From a virus (taxonomy: Duplodnaviria > Caudoviricetes): a stretch of 64,000 nt of DNA. The notes below the pieces were generated by a model. It worked only from the letters and a program-made list of their open reading frames with translations, was not told where the DNA came from and searched no databases. The DNA lies in the IMG/VR virus record IMGVR_UViG_3300013005_000037, positions 8,546 to 72,545 of that record; one strand, 5' to 3'. This document shows, in pieces, positions 37,290 through 47,324 of this stretch. The translations under genes were made by a program, and so were the position numbers. Numbering within the stretch: position 1 is the first letter of the stretch; the number at the start of each line of letters is the position of its first letter.

Positions 37290-37499
37290 ATGGCAGTAAG
37301 TAACACTTCTGGAAAAACATACGATGTTGCAGAATTTGGAAGATTAGATATTTTCTTTAAGGAGCAAGAAGAAGAATTTAAAAAAATTGATTTAGAAAAA
37401 TCAATTCAAAATAAAAAAATATTACAATATGTCTTGGTGTTAACTGGGGTGGTTGTAAGTCTTTATGCTTTTAGCAGACTAGTAAACAAACAAAAATAA
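37290..37499 (+). CDS. small C-anchored membrane protein
   Basis: TM YVLVLTGVVVSLYAF. Confidence 0.65.
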   Translation: MAVSNTSGKTYDVAEFGRLDIFFKEQEEEFKKIDLEKSIQNKKILQYVLVLTGVVVSLYAFSRLVNKQK

Positions 37500-37500
37500 T

Positions 37501-38061
37501 ATGAAAAAAGGTTTATTATTTGGCGGTATAGCTTTAGCTGGTTTTGGATTTTATAGATACTTCAAATATCAAGTTGATATGGCTTTGAATTATGATTATA
37601 AAATAAAAAACTTTAAAATATTAGGCTATAATAATGATAAAATTACTGTTTCAATAGAAATTGAAATTAAAAATAATTCTAGCTTTGAAATATTAATCAA
37701 TGAGTACGATTTAAAAATATTTTTCAAAGGGAAAAATTTTGCAAGTGCGGTAACAAAAACTCCATTTCTAGTTTTGCCTAATAGTTCATTTATTTTAAAA
37801 ACTACTGGGGATATTAACGTTAAAGAAACCAAAGTTTCGGTTTTGCCTTTTGTGCAAGATGTTTTAGCAAAAAAACCAATAGATATAGAAGTAATTGGAT
37901 TTATTAAAGTTAAATTTTTAGGAATCAATTATACTTTAAAATTTGACAATGAAAAATTTCAATATTCAGCAGATTTATTAACGGAACTTGGATTAAGCAA
38001 ACAAGTCAGTCAGTTTAAATTAAAAAACCCAACATTAGCAAAATTTTTTGGAATAAAATAG
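37501..38061 (+). CDS. LEA_2/WHy-like domain protein with an N-terminal TM
   Basis: ITVSIEIEIKNNSSFEILINEYDLKIFFKGKNFA; beta-sandwich pattern. Confidence 0.68.
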   Translation: MKKGLLFGGIALAGFGFYRYFKYQVDMALNYDYKIKNFKILGYNNDKITVSIEIEIKNNSSFEILINEYDLKIFFKGKNFASAVTKTPFLVLPNSSFILKTTGDINVKETKVSVLPFVQDVLAKKPIDIEVIGFIKVKFLGINYTLKFDNEKFQYSADLLTELGLSKQVSQFKLKNPTLAKFFGIK

Positions 38062-38075
38062 TTAATTTTACCCTT

Positions 38076-38100
38076 GAAACTTTAAAATAACAACAAAATG
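38076..38100 (+). promoter_or_regulatory. conserved 25-nt leader, copy 1
   Basis: GAAACTTTAAAATAACAACAAAATG, identical to 48166-48190. Confidence 0.65.
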
Positions 38101-38499
38101 GTAGAAGGAATAGTTAAAAAAATTATGAATACTGGGATTAATAAGTATGCAAAAGCGTATGAAGTTCCATCAAATGAAGTTCAAATAAAAGTTACTAACG
38201 ACCCAAATGGTACGGTTTTATACACAATGTGTAAAAACTTTAAGGAAGTTGAAAGTGTTTCTTTTTTGCAAATAATGGATAAAAAAATGGATATTTTTCA
38301 ATACGAAGCTTTAGCAAATCCGTTTTTACAAAAATCATTACAATTGTTTGCAAAAGAAACTAATGACGACATAGAAAATGTTTGCGTATTTATTTTGCAA
38401 GTTAATATTAGCAACAATATTGGGTTGTCATTTTACAACAAATATAAAAATGGTAAAAACATTTCTTTAGGAAAACACTTGGGGGAATTAGGATTATAA
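38098..38499 (+). CDS. hypothetical protein
   Basis: 133-aa ORF preceded by the conserved leader. Confidence 0.65.
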   Translation: MVEGIVKKIMNTGINKYAKAYEVPSNEVQIKVTNDPNGTVLYTMCKNFKEVESVSFLQIMDKKMDIFQYEALANPFLQKSLQLFAKETNDDIENVCVFILQVNISNNIGLSFYNKYKNGKNISLGKHLGELGL

Positions 38500-38511
38500 A
38501 ATAAAAAAAAT

Positions 38512-38817
38512 ATGGCTTTAGCAAGAAAACCAGTAGTTAAAAAAAGTACAATAGAAGTTAGTGCATCAGATATAGAATGGATAAAACAAACTCTTTCTTC
38601 TGTAAGTTCAAAAATTCAAGATTTAGATATGAGTTTTACAAAACTAAATCAAACTGTAATTGGAGATAAAACGTATGGTCAAACTGGTTTAATTGAAAAA
38701 GTCGATGAACATACTGCATATATTGAAAAAGATAAAGAATTTAAGTCAAGACTAGTAGGCGGTGGATTAGTGCTTTCCTTTTTATGGGGATTGGTGCTAA
38801 AGTTTTGGAAAATCTAA
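38512..38817 (+). CDS. coiled-coil protein with a C-terminal TM
   Basis: TM LVGGGLVLSFLWGLVLKFW. Confidence 0.68.
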   Translation: MALARKPVVKKSTIEVSASDIEWIKQTLSSVSSKIQDLDMSFTKLNQTVIGDKTYGQTGLIEKVDEHTAYIEKDKEFKSRLVGGGLVLSFLWGLVLKFWKI

Positions 38818-38834
38818 AAATAAAATAATATAAA

Positions 38835-41800
38835 ATGGGAAATGTAACCAAATCACAACAAAATAATATTACAAGTCCAAACGGTAACAGTTTGGCAGTT
38901 TTTGTCGAGGGAACTACTGGAGTAATGAAAGTGAAAGATGTGATGGGGAACATTCAACCATTATCTGATTTTGTTAGTGGTGGTGGTGGTGGTTCTAGTC
39001 CTTTTAAATATGCTACTTGTAACCCTACTGGAATTGTGCCTTGTTTGGGTAATAATTCTGCTTTTGGTGGTTATTCAACGGTTGCTGGTGGTCAAGTTAA
39101 TTCTGCTACTGGTTACATTTCTTTTATTGGAGGGGGTCAAATTAATTCTGCTAGTGGTAATAGTTCAACAATTAGTGGTGGTTATTGTAATACTGCTTCT
39201 AATTGTGGCTCAACAATTGGAGGAGGAGGTGTCAACACTGCTTCTGGAATTAGTTCAACAGTCGGAGGTGGTATATTAAATACTGCTTCTGCTCTTTCTT
39301 CAACAATTAGCGGCGGTCAAGAGAATACCGCATCTGCTCCAACTTCAACAATAGGAGGTGGTTTTTATAATACTGCTTCTAATTATGGTGCGACTGTTGG
39401 TGGAGGTTATTGTAATACTGCTTCTGGAGCTTGTTCAACAGTTGGTGGCGGTCAAGGTAATAGTGCTTCTGATTGCTATTCAACAGTAGGTGGTGGTGGG
39501 TATAATACTGCTTCTAATGATTATTCAACAGTTAGTGGTGGTTTTTTAAATACTGCTTCTGGAGCTAGTGCAACAATTGGAGGGGGTAGTGATAATACCG
39601 TTTCTGGATTTTATTCAACAATTGGTGGTGGTCGATTTAATACTACTTCTGGGTGTGCTTCAACAATTGGAGGAGGTCTTTGTAATACTGCTTCTGCAAG
39701 TTATGCAACAGTTGGTGGTGGTCAAGGTAATAGTGCTAATTATAGTCATTCAACAGTTGGTGGTGGTCTTAATAATACTGCTTCTCAATATACTTCAACA
39801 ATTGGTGGCGGTTATTGTAATATTTCATCAAATTCGTATTCAGTAGTTGGTGGGGGTAGTTGTAATATTGCTTCTGGAAGTGGCTCAACAATTAGTGGTG
39901 GTTGTGCTAATATTTCATCAAATGCCTATTCATCGGTTGGGGGTGGTCGTCAAAATACTGCTAGTGGTACTCGTTCAACAATTGGAGGTGGATATATTAA
40001 CATTGCTTCTGGAAGTATTTCAACAGTTGGAGGGGGGTGTTGTAACAATGCTTCTGATTGCTATTCAACAGTAGGTGGTGGTGTTTTTAATACTGCTTCT
40101 TGTTATTTTTCAACAATAGGAGGAGGTGCTAATAATACTGCTTCTGGAGCTAGTGCAACAATTGGAGGGGGTCAAGATAATACCGTTTCTGGATTTTATT
40201 CAACAATTGGTGGTGGTCGATTTAATACTACTTCTGCAACATATTCAACAGTTGGAGCTGGTAATTGCAACATAACAAATTCAAGATATTCTTTTATTGG
40301 TGGAGGTCAAAGAAATGTAATTCAATCGCCAACAGACGAATGTTGCTCTTTTGGTGCTACAATTGGAGGAGGAATAGGAAATAATACTAATGGTGGTTAT
40401 TTTGATAATATTACTGGGAATTTAGGTGGTTCAATCACTTGTTGTAATGCTGGTAGATTATCTACAATTGGAGGTGGTTTGAGAAACTGCGCTACTGGTT
40501 ATCTTTCAACAGTTGGAGGTGGTCAATGTAATACTGCTTCTTGCACTTTTTCAACAATTGGTGGTGGTTTTACAAATATTGCTTCTAGTTTTTATTCAAC
40601 AATTAGCGGTGGTAAAATTAATATTGCTTCGGGAGATAATTCAGCAATTGGGGGTGGTTCAAATAATACTGCGGGTGGATTAGTAGCTACAATTGGAGGG
40701 GGTAATTTAAACACTGCTAGTGGTGTTAATTCATTTATTGGTGGTGGTAGCCAAAATACTACTTCTGGTAGTTATTCAACAACTACTGGCGGATACTGTA
40801 ATATTACTTCTGGAGATTATTCCATAATAGGAGGGGGTACTTATAATATTGTATCTGGGAATACATCTACAATAGGTGGAGGTAGTACTAATATTGCTTG
40901 TGGAATTTCTTCTACAATTGGGGGTGGAAACAGTAACACAACAAATTGCAACGCTTCTACAATTGGAGGAGGTTTTTGCAATACTGCTAACTGTGATTCA
41001 TCAACTATTGCTGGAGGAGCTTATAATTTATCTTGTAAAAACGCATCATTTGTTGGGGGTGGATGTTTTAATTCATCAACTGGCGACAGAACTGTTATTG
41101 GAGGAGGATTTTGCAATACTGCTAGTGGTAATTGTTCAACAATTGGTGGTGGTTGTAGTAACATTGCTTCTGGTTATCATACTGCTATTCTTGGAGGGTG
41201 TAATAATGATACTTGTGGTTTTGCAAACTCAATGATTATAGGTTCTAATTTATGTGCTACCCAAACGTGTACTACATTTATGAATTGTGCATCGGTAGAT
41301 AATTTGACACAAGGTTCTTTGGTTTGTGTAGGAGCTAATAAAGTTCTTGAAGATTCATTATTAAATGTAAGTACAATTAATAGTGGATTATTTGCTCAAA
41401 CAACAGATAGTGCGCCAGTAACCGCAACTGCGGTTGAAACTTCTATAATAGGCGTTGGAGTTGGTACATTAAGCGTTCCAGCAAATGCGTTTACTATCGG
41501 AAATAGTTTTGTTGCAAGATTAGATGGTGTTATTTCGGCAGTAGGAACTGCTACTTTAGATATAAAAATAAAAACATTATCTGGTGCGTTACTTGCTGAT
41601 ACTGGAGCAATTGCTATGGATGCAACAACCGCAAAATCTTGGACTTTAGATATAGAATTCACAGTAAGAACTTTAGGCGGAGTTGGAGTAGCTTCTATTT
41701 CTTCTGGTGGATTATTTTCGTATATTAAAAATTCTGGACTTAATTTTGAAGGATATGTATTAAGTACTGTTAACTCAACTACTTTTGATACTACAATCAA

Positions 41801-41891
41801 TAACACATTAGTTATAACCGCACAATGGAATACAAATAATGCTGGTAATTCAATATTGTCAAGAAATTTTGTCTTATTTAAAGTATATTAA
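38835..41891 (+). CDS. fibre/adhesin 1: 14-aa (STIGGGxxNTASxx) beta-roll repeats plus a distinct C-terminal beta-domain
   Basis: Dozens of 14-residue repeats, Cys-rich; unique C-domain of about 190 aa. Confidence 0.8.
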   Translation: MGNVTKSQQNNITSPNGNSLAVFVEGTTGVMKVKDVMGNIQPLSDFVSGGGGGSSPFKYATCNPTGIVPCLGNNSAFGGYSTVAGGQVNSATGYISFIGGGQINSASGNSSTISGGYCNTASNCGSTIGGGGVNTASGISSTVGGGILNTASALSSTISGGQENTASAPTSTIGGGFYNTASNYGATVGGGYCNTASGACSTVGGGQGNSASDCYSTVGGGGYNTASNDYSTVSGGFLNTASGASATIGGGSDNTVSGFYSTIGGGRFNTTSGCASTIGGGLCNTASASYATVGGGQGNSANYSHSTVGGGLNNTASQYTSTIGGGYCNISSNSYSVVGGGSCNIASGSGSTISGGCANISSNAYSSVGGGRQNTASGTRSTIGGGYINIASGSISTVGGGCCNNASDCYSTVGGGVFNTASCYFSTIGGGANNTASGASATIGGGQDNTVSGFYSTIGGGRFNTTSATYSTVGAGNCNITNSRYSFIGGGQRNVIQSPTDECCSFGATIGGGIGNNTNGGYFDNITGNLGGSITCCNAGRLSTIGGGLRNCATGYLSTVGGGQCNTASCTFSTIGGGFTNIASSFYSTISGGKINIASGDNSAIGGGSNNTAGGLVATIGGGNLNTASGVNSFIGGGSQNTTSGSYSTTTGGYCNITSGDYSIIGGGTYNIVSGNTSTIGGGSTNIACGISSTIGGGNSNTTNCNASTIGGGFCNTANCDSSTIAGGAYNLSCKNASFVGGGCFNSSTGDRTVIGGGFCNTASGNCSTIGGGCSNIASGYHTAILGGCNNDTCGFANSMIIGSNLCATQTCTTFMNCASVDNLTQGSLVCVGANKVLEDSLLNVSTINSGLFAQTTDSAPVTATAVETSIIGVGVGTLSVPANAFTIGNSFVARLDGVISAVGTATLDIKIKTLSGALLADTGAIAMDATTAKSWTLDIEFTVRTLGGVGVASISSGGLFSYIKNSGLNFEGYVLSTVNSTTFDTTINNTLVITAQWNTNNAGNSILSRNFVLFKVY

Positions 41892-41902
41892 AAAATAAAA
41901 TA

Positions 41903-44515
41903 ATGGGAAACGTAACTACATCTAGTCAAAATAATATTACAAGTCCAAACGGTAACAGTTTGGCAGTTTTTGTCGAAGGAACTACTGGCGTAATGAAGGT
42001 AAAAGATGTAATGGGTAATATACAACCTATTTCGGATTTTGTCGGAGGAGGTTCAACTAGTCCATTAGAGTATAATGCTAATGCAACTGGTATTCAACCA
42101 GTTTTAGGAACAAATGATGCTTCTGGAATTGCTTCAACAATTGGGGGTGGTAGTTTTAATACTGCTTCTGCTGTTTCTTCAACAATTAGCGGTGGTCAAA
42201 ATAATAATGCTTCTGCTTGTAATTCAACAATTGGAGGTGGTTATTGTAATACTGCTTCTTTATCTGATTCAACAGTTGGTGGTGGTAGGTTAAACACTGC
42301 TTCTGGATATAGTTCAACGGTTGGTGGTGGTGGTCAAAACACTGCTTCTGCAATATATTCAACGGTTGGTGGTGGTTATTGTAATACTGCATCTTCGGAA
42401 TGTTCAACAATTGGAGGTGGTACTAATAATACCGCTTCTAGTTTTAATTCAACAATTGGTGGTGGTTGTTGTAATACTGCTTCTGGTTGTTATGCAACAA
42501 TTGGAGGTGGGTTTTGTAACACTGCTTCTAATACTCGTTCAACAATTGGAGGTGGTGCTAATAATATTGCTTCAAATATTGCTTCAACAGTTGGAGGTGG
42601 TGTTACTAATACTGCTTCAAATATTAGCTCAACAGTTGGAGGTGGTTTTCAAAATATTGCTTCTGCTACTTATTCAACAATTAGTGGTGGTTGTTCAAAT
42701 ACCGCTTCTGCAACCAATTCAACCGTAGGAGCTGGTTGTTGCAATATAACAAATTCAAGGTTTTCAGTAATATCTGGAGGTCAAAGAAATATAATTCAAT
42801 CGCCTACAAACGAGTGTTGTTCTTTTGGAGTTACAATTGGAGGTGGTATAGGTCATAATACAACTGGTGGTACATTAAACGCTACTACTGGAGATTTAAC
42901 TGGTGCAATTACTTGTTGTAATGCTGGTAGATTATCTACAATTGGAGGTGGTTTGAGAAACTGCGCTACTGGCAATTGTTCAACAATTGGAGGTGGTAAT
43001 AATAATAATGCTTCTGGTAATTATTCAACAATTGGTGGTGGTCAATTTAATACCGCTTCTTGTATTCGTACAACAATAGGTGGTGGTTTTTCTAACACTG
43101 CTTTTGGTAATAGTTCAACAATTGGAGGTGGTTATTGTAACACTGCTTCATTGAATTTTTCAACCGTTGGTGGAGGACAATGTAATACTGCTTCTGGCGG
43201 TGTTTCAACAATAGGTGGTGGTTATAGAAATACTGCTTCTGGAGCTTGTTCAACAGTTGGAGGTGGTCAATGTAATACTGCTTCTAGTAATTATTCAACA
43301 ATTAGTGGTGGGCAACAAAATAATGCTGGTGGTAATTTGTCTTTTATTGGAGGTGGTTCTTCAAATGTAATTAATGGACAATATTCATCTGGTACAGTTA
43401 TTTCTGGCGGATGTGCTAATTCAATAGGGTCTTACAATTCAGTCGGCACAATTGGTGGTGGTAGAAATAATTGTTTAAATGGGTATATTGGTGGTTCAAC
43501 AATTAGCGGTGGTCAATACAATACTGTTTCTGCTTCTGGCTCAACAATTGGAGGAGGTGGCTCAAATATTGCTGGTTATTCCGCTGGTAACATTGCTTCT
43601 GGAATTGCTTCAACAATTGGCGGTGGTTATTTTAACGTTACTTCTGGCGGTGGTTCAACAATAGGTGGTGGAGCTATTAATTCTTCATCTTATATTTTTT
43701 CAACAATAAGTGGTGGGAAGTGTAACATTTCTTCTAATTCTTATTCAACAGTTAGCGGAGGTTATTGTAATACTGCTTCTGGAGATAAGTCAACAGTAGG
43801 AGGTGGTCAATCTAATACTGCTAATGGTAATTGTTCAACAATTGGAGGTGGTTGTTTAAATATTGCTTCTTTTAATTTTTCAACAATTGGCGGTGGTGCT
43901 TATAATAATGCTTCTAATTATCATTCAACTATTGGGGGTGGAGCGTTTAACGTATCTTCGAGTAAAACATCAACTATTGGGGGTGGTTCTTATAACACTG
44001 CGTCTGGACTTGTTTCAACAATTGGAGGGGGTGGTAAATATTTCAATAATGGTGGGTGGTATGGTTATGGTAATACTGCTTCAGGTTGTGCTTCTACAAT
44101 TGGAGGAGGTCAAGGTAACACTGCTTCTAATTATTTTTCAACAATTGGAGGAGGTTGTGCTAACATTGTATCTGGTAGTCGTTCAACAGTTGGGGGAGGT
44201 CAAGGTAACACTGCTTCTAATTATTTTTCAACAATTGGAGGAGGTTGTGGTAATACTGCTTCTGGTAGTCGTTCAACAGTTGGGGGTGGTAATGCTAATA
44301 CCGCTTCTGGTGCTTATTCTGGAATATTAGGAGGACAATATAACACCACAAATACTTGTGCTTGTGCAATGATTGTAGGTTCAAATATAACTGCTGATAG
44401 AGCTTGTACTACATTTGTAAATAATCTTTCGATTAAAAACATTCCAACTGCTAGTGCTGGTTTACCAAGTGGGTCAATATATAGAATTGGAAACGCAGTT
44501 TGTATAGTTATATAA
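41903..44515 (+). CDS. fibre/adhesin 2 (N-terminus of fibre 1, C-terminus of fibre 3)
   Basis: Same repeat; MGNVT..NITSPNGNSLAVFVEG; C-terminal NNLSIKNIPTASAGLPSG. Confidence 0.8.
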   Translation: MGNVTTSSQNNITSPNGNSLAVFVEGTTGVMKVKDVMGNIQPISDFVGGGSTSPLEYNANATGIQPVLGTNDASGIASTIGGGSFNTASAVSSTISGGQNNNASACNSTIGGGYCNTASLSDSTVGGGRLNTASGYSSTVGGGGQNTASAIYSTVGGGYCNTASSECSTIGGGTNNTASSFNSTIGGGCCNTASGCYATIGGGFCNTASNTRSTIGGGANNIASNIASTVGGGVTNTASNISSTVGGGFQNIASATYSTISGGCSNTASATNSTVGAGCCNITNSRFSVISGGQRNIIQSPTNECCSFGVTIGGGIGHNTTGGTLNATTGDLTGAITCCNAGRLSTIGGGLRNCATGNCSTIGGGNNNNASGNYSTIGGGQFNTASCIRTTIGGGFSNTAFGNSSTIGGGYCNTASLNFSTVGGGQCNTASGGVSTIGGGYRNTASGACSTVGGGQCNTASSNYSTISGGQQNNAGGNLSFIGGGSSNVINGQYSSGTVISGGCANSIGSYNSVGTIGGGRNNCLNGYIGGSTISGGQYNTVSASGSTIGGGGSNIAGYSAGNIASGIASTIGGGYFNVTSGGGSTIGGGAINSSSYIFSTISGGKCNISSNSYSTVSGGYCNTASGDKSTVGGGQSNTANGNCSTIGGGCLNIASFNFSTIGGGAYNNASNYHSTIGGGAFNVSSSKTSTIGGGSYNTASGLVSTIGGGGKYFNNGGWYGYGNTASGCASTIGGGQGNTASNYFSTIGGGCANIVSGSRSTVGGGQGNTASNYFSTIGGGCGNTASGSRSTVGGGNANTASGAYSGILGGQYNTTNTCACAMIVGSNITADRACTTFVNNLSIKNIPTASAGLPSGSIYRIGNAVCIVI

Positions 44516-44527
44516 AAATAAAATATT

Positions 44528-44788
44528 ATGAATAAATTAGAAATAGTTGTCGGAAGTTTACAAATATCAAAAGATGGTGTAATAATACTTGTTATACCAA
44601 AAGATGCGTGTGCTATTGATACATTAGCTTTAGCAAATGCAACGCCTACTGCTTTAATTTTTAATAAATATTTGGCTAACTTTACACCAGTATTTAATAC
44701 ACCTTTGTCAAGTTGTGTAGATTCAACTAATACTGTGTTTACACCAAGTACGTTTATAGCTTTTGCGGAAGCTAATTTAGGATTTTAA
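44528..44788 (+). CDS. stand-alone copy of the fibre 3 N-terminal domain
   Basis: MNKLEIVVGSLQISK..FAEANLGF vs MIKLEIVTGSLQISN..FAEANLGF. Confidence 0.75.
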   Translation: MNKLEIVVGSLQISKDGVIILVIPKDACAIDTLALANATPTALIFNKYLANFTPVFNTPLSSCVDSTNTVFTPSTFIAFAEANLGF

Positions 44789-44799
44789 AAAAAAAGATT

Positions 44800-46830
44800 A
44801 TGATAAAATTAGAAATAGTAACTGGGAGTTTGCAAATATCAAACGGAGGTTCTGTAATATTAGTAGCACCGAAAAATTCGTGTGCAATTGATGTTTTAGC
44901 TGTATATGATGCAATACCGTTTATAGTTATATACAATAAGTATTTAGGAAACTCAACAGTTGTTTTCAATCAGCCTTTAGCTAATTGTGAAGATAGCACT
45001 GGAACACCATTTACAGTAAATACATTTATTGACTTTGCGGAAGCAAATTTAGGATTTGATGCTGGTGGCGGTGGCGGAGGAAGTTCTCCATTTGAGTATA
45101 ATGCTAATGTAACTGGTATTCAACCAGTTTTAGGAACAAATGATGCTTCTGGAACTTATGCTACAATTGGAGGAGGTTATTGTAATATTGCATCTTCAAG
45201 TTGTTCAACAATTGGTGGTGGTAGAAGTAATAGTGCTTCTAATAGTGATTCAACTGTTGGTGGTGGTTTTGCTAATGTTGCTTCAAGTTATTGTTCAACA
45301 ATTGGTGGGGGCGTATCAAATACTGCTTCTGGTTATAGTTCAACAATTGGTGGTGGTGGTGGTAATACTTCTAGTGGTAATTGTTCAATAATTGGTGGGG
45401 GCGTATCAAATACTGCTTCTGGTTATAGTTCAACAATTAGTGGGGGTTATAGTAATAATGCTTCTGGAGCTAGGTCAACAATTGGCGGTGGTTATTCAAA
45501 TATTGCTTCTTGTCTTTCTTCAACAATTAGTGGTGGGGGTTGTAATACTGCTTCTGGTTGTTGTTCAACAGTTAGTGGCGGTCACAGTAACGTTGCTTCT
45601 GGTATTACTTCAATTATTGGTGGTGGAAATTGTAATACTGCTTCTAATATTTCTTCAACAATAGGTGGTGGTAGTTTTAATATTGCTTCAAATATTGGTT
45701 CAACAGTTGGTGGTGGTCAAAGTAACACTGCTTCTAATATTTTTTCAACAGTTGGGGGTGGTGGTGGTAATATTGCTTCAAATTATTTTTCAACAGTTAG
45801 TGGTGGTTATTGTAATTATGCTTCTGGAAGTAAAGCTATAATTGGCGGTGGTCAAAGTAACAGTGCTTCTAGTTTTTATTCAACAATTGGTGGGGGTCTT
45901 TGTAACACTGCTTCTAATGTTCATTCAATAATTGGTGGTGGTCTTTGTAACACTGCTTCTTCTTGCTATTCAACAGTTGGAGGTGGATGGTGTAATACAA
46001 CAAATGCAAGATTTTCTACAATCAATGGAGGTCAAAGAAATATAATTCAATCGCCTACAAACGAGTGTTGTTCTCTTGGAGTTACAATTGGAGGTGGTAT
46101 AGGTCATAATACAACTGGTGGTACATTAAACGCTACTACTGGAGATTTAACTGGTGCAATTACTTGTTGTAATGCTGGAAAACTATCTACTATTGGTGGT
46201 GGTTTTAGAAACTGTGCTACGGGTGTGACTTCAACAGTTGGGGGAGGTAATCTTAACTTTGCTTCTGGTGGTTTATCAACTATTGGTGGGGGTAATGGTA
46301 ACTTTGCTTCTGGTGGTTTTTCAACAATTGGGGGAGGTAATCAAAATATCGCTTCTAGTGCTATGTCAACTATTGGTGGAGGTAATTTAAATCAATCTTC
46401 TGGTTGTTATTCAACAATTGGAGGAGGTTATGTGAACATTTCATCTGGTGCTTATTCAACAGTTGGTGGTGGTTATAATAATACTGCTTCTGGTGCTTGT
46501 TCAATAGTTGCTGGTGGTAAAGTAAATGTTGCTTCTGGTATTTACTCAACAGTTGGAGGTGGTTATAGTAATATTGCTTCTGGTTCTACTTCAACAATTG
46601 GTGGTGGTTTTCAAAATACTGCTTCTGGTTATCGGTCTGCAATATTAGGTGGATTTAGCAACACAACAAATTCTTGTGCTTGTGCAATGATTGTCGGTAG
46701 TAATATAACTGCGGACAGAGTATGTGCTACATTTGTAAATAACTTATCAATTAAAAACATTCCAACTGCTAGTGCTGGTTTACCAAGTGGGTCAGTTTGG
46801 AAAAATGGAAATGTATTAAATATAGTTTAA
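44800..46830 (+). CDS. fibre/adhesin 3
   Basis: Same 14-aa repeat; shares the CC-containing insert with fibres 1 and 2 and the C-terminus with fibre 2. Confidence 0.8.
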   Translation: MIKLEIVTGSLQISNGGSVILVAPKNSCAIDVLAVYDAIPFIVIYNKYLGNSTVVFNQPLANCEDSTGTPFTVNTFIDFAEANLGFDAGGGGGGSSPFEYNANVTGIQPVLGTNDASGTYATIGGGYCNIASSSCSTIGGGRSNSASNSDSTVGGGFANVASSYCSTIGGGVSNTASGYSSTIGGGGGNTSSGNCSIIGGGVSNTASGYSSTISGGYSNNASGARSTIGGGYSNIASCLSSTISGGGCNTASGCCSTVSGGHSNVASGITSIIGGGNCNTASNISSTIGGGSFNIASNIGSTVGGGQSNTASNIFSTVGGGGGNIASNYFSTVSGGYCNYASGSKAIIGGGQSNSASSFYSTIGGGLCNTASNVHSIIGGGLCNTASSCYSTVGGGWCNTTNARFSTINGGQRNIIQSPTNECCSLGVTIGGGIGHNTTGGTLNATTGDLTGAITCCNAGKLSTIGGGFRNCATGVTSTVGGGNLNFASGGLSTIGGGNGNFASGGFSTIGGGNQNIASSAMSTIGGGNLNQSSGCYSTIGGGYVNISSGAYSTVGGGYNNTASGACSIVAGGKVNVASGIYSTVGGGYSNIASGSTSTIGGGFQNTASGYRSAILGGFSNTTNSCACAMIVGSNITADRVCATFVNNLSIKNIPTASAGLPSGSVWKNGNVLNIV

Positions 46831-46859
46831 TAATAAATAATAAAACCGAAATACTTTTT

Positions 46860-46867
46860 TATATTTG
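46860..46867 (+). promoter_or_regulatory. Bacteroidota-type -7 element (TATATTTG)
   Basis: Consensus match upstream of 46904. Confidence 0.6.
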
Positions 46868-46903
46868 TGTTTCAAAAAATAAATAATTTAAAAATAAAAT
46901 AAA

Positions 46904-47230
46904 ATGGAAAATTTCACAATTCACATCTTCGGTTATGGAGAAACACAAATCAACTCAAAAGATTTATCTGTAAAAGTTGCTACTGACACATTAACAACTG
47001 TAACGCCTTTAGTTGCTGGTATATTTGCTAAAAAACCAGCAGACAACCCAACACTAATTACAGAATTTCACGCAATTAACCTTTTTGGTTATAATGATGT
47101 TCGTTGGCAAGTAAAAGACAATAGTTTTAATGTTAAAGACGATGCAGACTTAAAACCTCTTATTGATGCTTTAATAGCCGAACTTCAAGTTGCAAAAGAC
47201 AATCAACCCCTAGTTGCTCCAACCGAATAA
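46904..47230 (+). CDS. hypothetical protein, possibly highly expressed
   Basis: 108 aa; visible TTC/ATC/AAC/CAC codon use. Confidence 0.7.
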   Translation: MENFTIHIFGYGETQINSKDLSVKVATDTLTTVTPLVAGIFAKKPADNPTLITEFHAINLFGYNDVRWQVKDNSFNVKDDADLKPLIDALIAELQVAKDNQPLVAPTE

Positions 47231-47324
47231 ACAGAAAAAAATTAGTCAATGCTCGGTAAATCCTCTTTGTTAATTCAAATGAAACCGAGTGAAAGGCTTT
47301 TTAACCAAGTAACAAAAAACAACT

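Noticed and set aside
1522-37928. Assorted short antisense or overlapping ORFs (e.g. 1522, 3970, 3978, 7555, 7592, 8455, 8801, 9047, 9793, 11611, 11974, 12373, 13617, 17744, 20022, 21056, 23264, 25110, 25541, 28341, 30233, 31131, 31340, 37626)
   Set aside because: They lie wholly within longer, motif-bearing genes on another frame or strand and have no recognisable features
38971-45664. Many alternate-frame ORFs rich in LLLVVVQQL (38971, 39568, 39847, 40876, 42321, 43479, 43863, 45140, 45392) and antisense 41396, 42186
   Set aside because: They are off-frame readings of the 42-nt fibre repeats
38835-46830. Regularly spaced DNA repeats suggesting a CRISPR array or DGR template
   Set aside because: The repeats are degenerate, in-frame and coding, with no unique spacers; no cas or reverse transcriptase gene is present in the window
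38835-46830. GGG runs in the fibres as GG cleavage sites
   Set aside because: They are the structural glycines of the 14-residue beta-roll and lack the [FYML]xxGG context
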